From NCBI GenBank assembly GCA_963668645.2, contig CAXXWC010000010.1, positions 320,001 through 384,000 of the forward strand: a DNA stretch of 64,000 bases, given 5' to 3'. The DNA comes from Desulfobacterales bacterium (GTDB lineage: Bacteria > Desulfobacterota > Desulfobacteria > Desulfobacterales > UBA2174). The notes under the pieces are model-generated. The model was not told the DNA's origin, did not search any database, and saw nothing but the letters and a program-made list of their open reading frames with translations. Both the position numbers and the translations under genes were made by a program. The stretch's first letter is position 1; each line of letters starts with the position of its first letter. Shown here piece by piece: positions 59,033 through 64,000 of the stretch.

Positions 59033-59222
59033 AGCCAACGCGTACCTGCTCAAGGAAGGCCGTGAGGAGCTGGTTCTGGAAGCCGTGGATCTCATCGAGC
59101 CGGAGGATGAAAACTCCTGGCGGCTGGTGAGCATCTTCGGTGAGCAAAAAATCCTGCGAGGCCGCATTTGCGGCATGCAACTGGTGGACCATAAGATCCT
59201 TTTCCAGCCGGAAGCCGGTTGA
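59025..59222 (+). CDS. CooT-family nickel-binding protein
   Basis: MCEANAY, SIFGEQK, LVDHKI; 65 aa. Confidence 0.9.
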   Translation: MCEANAYLLKEGREELVLEAVDLIEPEDENSWRLVSIFGEQKILRGRICGMQLVDHKILFQPEAG

Positions 59223-59245
59223 CCTGATCCACAGCCCCGGATAAG

Positions 59246-59361
59246 GAATGAATCCAGGGACCTGAAGGTCCCTCGCATTCCGTAGCACCTCCAATATTCC
59301 TATAAACCAAAGGCCACGAAGGCTAAGGCATTTTTGCCGACCGCCGGCGTGGCCTTTTTTT
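59246..59361 (+). promoter_or_regulatory. Leader attenuator: TGAA hairpin, ACGAA hairpin and intrinsic terminator
   Basis: AGGGACC-TGAA-GGTCCCT; GGCC-ACGAA-GGCT overlapping terminator GGCCACG...CGTGGCC-T7. Confidence 0.65.
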
Positions 59362-59404
59362 CGGCCATCCGCCCGCGGCGGCCCGACGGGCAAAGAGGCG
59401 AACG

Positions 59405-60370
59405 ATGGACTGCGTCGTGGCCCTGCGATCGATCCGTTACGATCTGCTCGACTACATCCAGCAGAAGGTGGCGGTGGATTTTCACCCCGGCCTGCAACAC
59501 CCGGCCGGTTTCGTTTACATGCAGCGGCGCCACCGCGTTACCTGCACCCTGGGCCGGTACCGGACCCGCCAGGATCTTGGCATCAACGGATACCTGGTGC
59601 AGACCGAAAGCGGCCAGGTGTTTTTTCTCTATTTCGACCCGCGCGAACACCCCGTTGATCGCCGCGGCTGCCTTGGCAACTGGGTTCTGAGCTTCCGTAT
59701 TCTGGACGATCTGGAACTGATGGTCCTGTATCGCGAGGATCGCAAAATGCTGCTCAATATGTCCCTCAAACGGATCGTGGACTTTCACGGCCACCTTTGC
59801 CCGGACCTGGTGATCGGCGCCAAGGTGGCGCATTACGCCCAAGCGCTTGTGGCCGGCAACGGGCAGGCCTCCGAACTCGGTGCCGTGGTGGCCGAAAACT
59901 GCACTTCGGCCCTGGACGCCATTCAGGTCCTGCTCGGCATGACAATGGGCAATCGCCGTTTGACGATCATCAATTACGGCAAGCACAACTACACCCTCAT
60001 CATGAACGGGAGAAGACCAGGCCACCGGCTGGCACTGCGGCCGCTGGATTTCCCGGATGGGGAATCCTACATCGATCTGGCGCAAAAAATCGCTTCCGAC
60101 AACGCCACCCTGGACGACGTGGTGGCTATGCAGCGGCTGCTGGACGATCGCACCTGCTGGTTGCTGGCCCGCCGGCCCGAAGACCTGTTCGACATCACCC
60201 GGGTGATCGGCGCCCAGATTCAAACCGAAGTGCCGACGGTCCTGGCGATTTGCGCCCAATGCGGCCAGCCGACGCTCCGGCATCGCGGGGTGGAATACGA
60301 CGGCGGCATCTGGTGCCTGCCCTGTTTTCGGAAAATACACCGGAATAATTGCCTGCCCTACCTGCACTGA
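59405..60370 (+). CDS. FmdE-family protein with extra N-terminal domain and C-terminal Zn finger
   Basis: FHGHLCPDLVIG, EN.TSALDAIQ, CAQCG..WCLPC. Confidence 0.88.
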   Translation: MDCVVALRSIRYDLLDYIQQKVAVDFHPGLQHPAGFVYMQRRHRVTCTLGRYRTRQDLGINGYLVQTESGQVFFLYFDPREHPVDRRGCLGNWVLSFRILDDLELMVLYREDRKMLLNMSLKRIVDFHGHLCPDLVIGAKVAHYAQALVAGNGQASELGAVVAENCTSALDAIQVLLGMTMGNRRLTIINYGKHNYTLIMNGRRPGHRLALRPLDFPDGESYIDLAQKIASDNATLDDVVAMQRLLDDRTCWLLARRPEDLFDITRVIGAQIQTEVPTVLAICAQCGQPTLRHRGVEYDGGIWCLPCFRKIHRNNCLPYLH

Positions 60371-60597
60371 AACCTTCTCCCGGCGTTACGATCGGGCGCA
60401 ACGCAGGGCTCGGTGACCGGAAATGTCCGGCAACGTGCAGGCAGCAAGCACCACACCATAAAGGATGAGGATGCGAGACGGCTGGCTCAGGGATGCGTTC
60501 CTGCCCGCCGGCCCAGCAGCAGTTGAAGAGGATGCCGGTACACATCGCCAAGCGGCATCTGTTTTCTGCCACAACCACCTTCAACAAGGAGGAAAAA

Positions 60598-61398
60598 ATG
60601 AAAATCCCTGAAGGCCACCACCTGCTCTATCAACCCAAATACCGCACCGCCTGTGTCTTCGACCTGCACCCGCGGGGCATGTTCGTTTCACGCCCGCCCC
60701 TTTTACAGCCTTACGGCTACCGGCTGCTGGTGGACGGACAGCACCGTGTACAACTAGAGATAGCCTGGCTGGCGGTGCGCGATGCCGTCGATCCACAGAC
60801 AAACCAGCGCTGTCCATGGGTTCTGGAGAAGGCACTGGTGGCGCTGGATGCCGATCTGGCGCTGGATCCGGCTGTGTTGGGCGAGGCTGTCGGAGAAGAG
60901 GCGATCTGTCGAAAGGTCGCCCGGGACCATGACAAGTGGCGGCAAAGCTATGTCCCCGGCGTGGCGGACGGTTCGGTGGACCGTGACGCCCTCGGCCGCA
61001 AGCTGGACGGCGCCATCCGCGACGCGCGCGAGGCGACACGCCAGAGCTTGCTCGAAAAGAACCTGCCATGGATCGATGCGGCTCTTCCCCGATTGGTCTT
61101 TGACTTTCGCCGCGGGCTGTACACCCTGGTCGACGACCGGCTCTACCCGGATTACTGCGGCCGGGGCGGCAAAGAAAGCGAGGCGGAGCTGTTCCGCAAG
61201 ATAATGGGTTTTTACCGCATCTGCGAGCACGAAGGCGACGACCGCCTGGCCCGGCCCGACGGCAAACGCTGGAACGACGAGGATGAGATCGAGGCGTGCT
61301 GGGTCGGCTTTGCCGGATCGGAGGAGGAGGCCCGCCGGGTGGTTGAAACCATGCGGGCGGTCATCCGCCCTTTGGCCGGAGGCCTGGCCGGATCGTAA
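60598..61398 (+). CDS. Hypothetical protein
   Basis: 266 aa, strong RBS AAGGAGG; no motif recognised. Confidence 0.7.
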   Translation: MKIPEGHHLLYQPKYRTACVFDLHPRGMFVSRPPLLQPYGYRLLVDGQHRVQLEIAWLAVRDAVDPQTNQRCPWVLEKALVALDADLALDPAVLGEAVGEEAICRKVARDHDKWRQSYVPGVADGSVDRDALGRKLDGAIRDAREATRQSLLEKNLPWIDAALPRLVFDFRRGLYTLVDDRLYPDYCGRGGKESEAELFRKIMGFYRICEHEGDDRLARPDGKRWNDEDEIEACWVGFAGSEEEARRVVETMRAVIRPLAGGLAGS

Positions 61399-61421
61399 TA
61401 ACGAATCAGAGATCTGCCGAC

Positions 61422-61994
61422 ATGCAAACAGGCAAACGTTTCATCAAGGGCATCAGCCAACTGACTCAGGGGACGCATTACAACTACACGGCCGGCGGCC
61501 ACCGGCTGATCAAGTGCAGGCTGCGGCCGCCAGCCGCCGAAGTCACGGCGTTGCACCTGGGCGAGGTCACCTTCGGATTGTATGTGGAAAACGTCGTCCT
61601 TTTCTTTCTATGCCGGATCGGCAGCGGCCCCTGGACGGCGTCACATTACAACTGGTGGCTCAATCCGCCGCCGATGCGTCCCGACCCGCTGGCCGAACTC
61701 GGGGCCGGCGACCGGTGCATGCTGCTGTTCTTCGAGCTGGTGGACGCCGCCGACGGCTGCGTTGCGGCCGAAAAACTGTTTGCCATTTCCCCTGAACCGG
61801 CCGCGATGCTGCGAAGATGCGTCGCGGAGCAGATCGAGGCCATCCTCGATCCGTTCCACCACCTCGATATCGCCGGCCGGGTCCTCGGCCGCCACCCGGA
61901 CCTGTCCTGGATGGCGGCCGAGGCCCGGTGGCTCGAGTGTCCCCACTACGCCGAAAAAGACAGGATCCCGGCCGAAGATGGCCGCCACCGGTAG
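61422..61994 (+). CDS. Hypothetical protein
   Basis: 190 aa, 23 bp after the previous ORF. Confidence 0.65.
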   Translation: MQTGKRFIKGISQLTQGTHYNYTAGGHRLIKCRLRPPAAEVTALHLGEVTFGLYVENVVLFFLCRIGSGPWTASHYNWWLNPPPMRPDPLAELGAGDRCMLLFFELVDAADGCVAAEKLFAISPEPAAMLRRCVAEQIEAILDPFHHLDIAGRVLGRHPDLSWMAAEARWLECPHYAEKDRIPAEDGRHR

Positions 61995-62074
61995 CACGCG
62001 TATCCAGGGGCCTTTGCGGGTTCCGCTGCCGCGCGCCCGCACGCCCGTTAACCCGAGGAAAGGAGAAGAACGTC

Positions 62075-63352
62075 ATGAGAGAAATGGAAAGGGTGATGTA
62101 TGGACGCAATGCGCCCAGGCAGGTCGATCCGGACAATCTGTTTTTTGTCCAGGTCGACGCATCCAAATGCCAGGCCTGCGGGGAGTGTGAGAACCATTGC
62201 GCCACCGGGGCCATCCAGCCGGTGAACCAGGAGGGGATCCGGCAGGTGATCAACCCGGCAGCCTGCATGAACTGCGGGCAGTGTCTGATCCACTGTCCGT
62301 ATGGAGCGATTTACGAAGGGGTCAGTTTTGTGGACGAGATTTTCGCAAAACTGAAAGACCCCGACACCATCGTCGTATCGATGCCGGCACCGGCCGTACG
62401 CTACGGGCTGGCCGAATCCTTCGGCCAGGATACCGGTACCTATGTGGGCGGCAAGATGCATGCGGCCTTAAAGGCGCTCGGTTTCGACTATGTGTGGGAC
62501 AACGAGTTCACCGCCGATGTCACCATCATGGAAGAAGGCACTGAACTGATTGAACGGATCAGTCATCCGAGCAAGGAAAAACCCCTGCCCCAGTTTACCT
62601 CCTGCTGCCCGGCATGGATCAAGTTCGTTGAATCGTTTTATCCCGATCTGCTGCCCAACGTGTCCACTTGCAAGTCGCCCATCGGGATGCTGGGTCCCCT
62701 GGCCAAAACCTATGGCGCCGAGGAGACCAAATCGCCGGCCCAGAAGATCTACACCGTCTCGATCATGCCGTGTATCGCCAAGAAGTATGAAGGACTGCGA
62801 CCGGAGATGGCCGACAGCGGATTCCGCGACATCGACGCCACCATCAACACCCGGGAGTTGGCCTATATGATCAAGGCCGCAGGGATCGATTTTGCCACCC
62901 TGCCGGACCGTGATCCGGACCCGGCCCTGGGGCTGTCCACCGGAGCGGCCACGATCTTCGGCAACAGCGGCGGGGTGATGGAGGCGGCCCTGCGGCTGGC
63001 CTACGAAAAGCTTTCAAAAAAGAAGCTCTCCAACCCGGAGATTAAGGTGGTCCGCACCCACAAGGGCATCAACACCGCCGATGTCCCGATTCCCGGCTTC
63101 GGTGCTGTCAAGGTGGCCGTGGCCAGCGGGCTTTCCAACGCCGCCAAACTCTGCGACGCGGTGCGCGCCGGCAAATCCCCCTACCACTTCATTGAAATCA
63201 TGACCTGCCCCGGTGGTTGCGTCAACGGCGGCGGCCAGCCGCTCGACCCCGAGATCCGTACCGCCGCCCTGGCCTGCAAAACGATTCTGGTGGCGGTCAA
63301 CAAACGGCTGCAAATGCGCCATTCCGGTCGAGCAAGGAGGACAATCCCATGA
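62075..63352 (+). CDS. hydA: [FeFe]-hydrogenase large subunit (group A, 2[4Fe-4S] plus H-cluster)
   Basis: Two CxxCxxCxxxC motifs; FTSCCPAW, MPCIAKKYE, EIMTCPGGCVNGGGQ. Confidence 0.97.
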   Translation: MREMERVMYGRNAPRQVDPDNLFFVQVDASKCQACGECENHCATGAIQPVNQEGIRQVINPAACMNCGQCLIHCPYGAIYEGVSFVDEIFAKLKDPDTIVVSMPAPAVRYGLAESFGQDTGTYVGGKMHAALKALGFDYVWDNEFTADVTIMEEGTELIERISHPSKEKPLPQFTSCCPAWIKFVESFYPDLLPNVSTCKSPIGMLGPLAKTYGAEETKSPAQKIYTVSIMPCIAKKYEGLRPEMADSGFRDIDATINTRELAYMIKAAGIDFATLPDRDPDPALGLSTGAATIFGNSGGVMEAALRLAYEKLSKKKLSNPEIKVVRTHKGINTADVPIPGFGAVKVAVASGLSNAAKLCDAVRAGKSPYHFIEIMTCPGGCVNGGGQPLDPEIRTAALACKTILVAVNKRLQMRHSGRARRTIP

Positions 63353-63693
63353 AAGATCAACCCAGACTCTCCCGCCGTGCATTCATCCGAACGGCCGGCG
63401 TGGCCGCCGGTTGCATGGCCGTGGGCTGGCCTTTGGTCCGGCCTGCCGGCGCCGCCCAAACCGATTTCGTCGCCAAGCGCCAGCAGTCCGTCTACCGGGC
63501 CGATGCCCAGGTTTACAAAATCCGCAAGTCCCAGGACAACCCGATGGTTCAGAAACTCTACGACCCCAAGGCAGGGTTTCTGCATGACGGCCCCTGCGGC
63601 CATATGTCCCATCACCTGCTGCATACCCACTACACCGACCGCAGCGCCGCAATCGCCGCGTTGAAAGACAAAGGCTTCGAGTTCGCCCTGTAA
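63349..63693 (+). CDS. hydB: [FeFe]-hydrogenase small subunit with Tat signal
   Basis: SRRAFIR Tat motif; RKSQDNP...LY, HHLLHTHY. Confidence 0.95.
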   Translation: MKDQPRLSRRAFIRTAGVAAGCMAVGWPLVRPAGAAQTDFVAKRQQSVYRADAQVYKIRKSQDNPMVQKLYDPKAGFLHDGPCGHMSHHLLHTHYTDRSAAIAALKDKGFEFAL

Positions 63694-63912
63694 GACAGAC
63701 CTCGCCTAAAAATCCATCTTACCCCTGACCTGCGGCGAAGACACGCTCTGAAACCCAGGGTCGGGGTGCACGAAACCCGTCAAAAATCGGCGGCATGACG
63801 GCCAGCGCACGCCTGCCTGGGATCGAAAAATCCGATGAAATACTAAAAATAATAGCGGATAAAAACGGTTCAATTGATAATTTTAGTTTTTACTTGACCT
63901 TGCCGAGGGGAT

Positions 63913-64000
63913 ATGATGTCGAAAAAGCGGATTGGAGTTGTGGGACTGGCGATGGAGCACCCGGCCCATGAGGTGTTGAACGTACATCACGTGCTGGCCG
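63913..64000 (+). CDS. Possible TM1266-like iron-only hydrogenase system regulator, 3'-partial
   Basis: MMSKKRIGVVGL N-terminus and position after hydAB; only 29 codons visible. Confidence 0.45.
   Translation, partial: MMSKKRIGVVGLAMEHPAHEVLNVHHVLA

Overview
GC-rich bacterial DNA whose gene content suggests a sulfate-reducing Desulfobacterales-like deltaproteobacterium (inference). In order: (1) 1-12 kb, housekeeping genes (ABC transporter, lgt, nucleoside transporter, CoA-transferase-GNAT, ferredoxin, rubrerythrin) and an intact IS1634; (2) 12-23 kb, a sigma-54 response regulator separated by IS debris from a sigma-54-driven, non-canonical chaperone-usher-like pilus operon; (3) 23-32 kb, a crcB/DUF190-CBS/GalT-like cluster and a long ArsR-led permease/thioredoxin/CcdA operon that hides an unannotated HesB-like ORF with two consecutive in-frame TGA codons followed by a SECIS-like hairpin (candidate Sec-Sec selenoprotein); (4) 32-52 kb, a lower-GC accessory zone with a DASS transporter/DHH phosphatase/LysR module, nested IS elements (IS66 inside an IS701/IS4-like element; IS3 and ISAs1 inside an intron) and a decayed integrase-less cassette array with three group IIC-attC intron remnants at attC R'' boxes; (5) 52-64 kb, a GGDEF gene, a TonB receptor/FmdE/DUF3842/CooT metal-handling cluster with a repeated two-hairpin attenuator motif, and a periplasmic [FeFe]-hydrogenase (hydA/hydB). 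No rRNA, tRNA or CRISPR array was seen. Family assignments come from recognising motifs by eye; no database searches were run.
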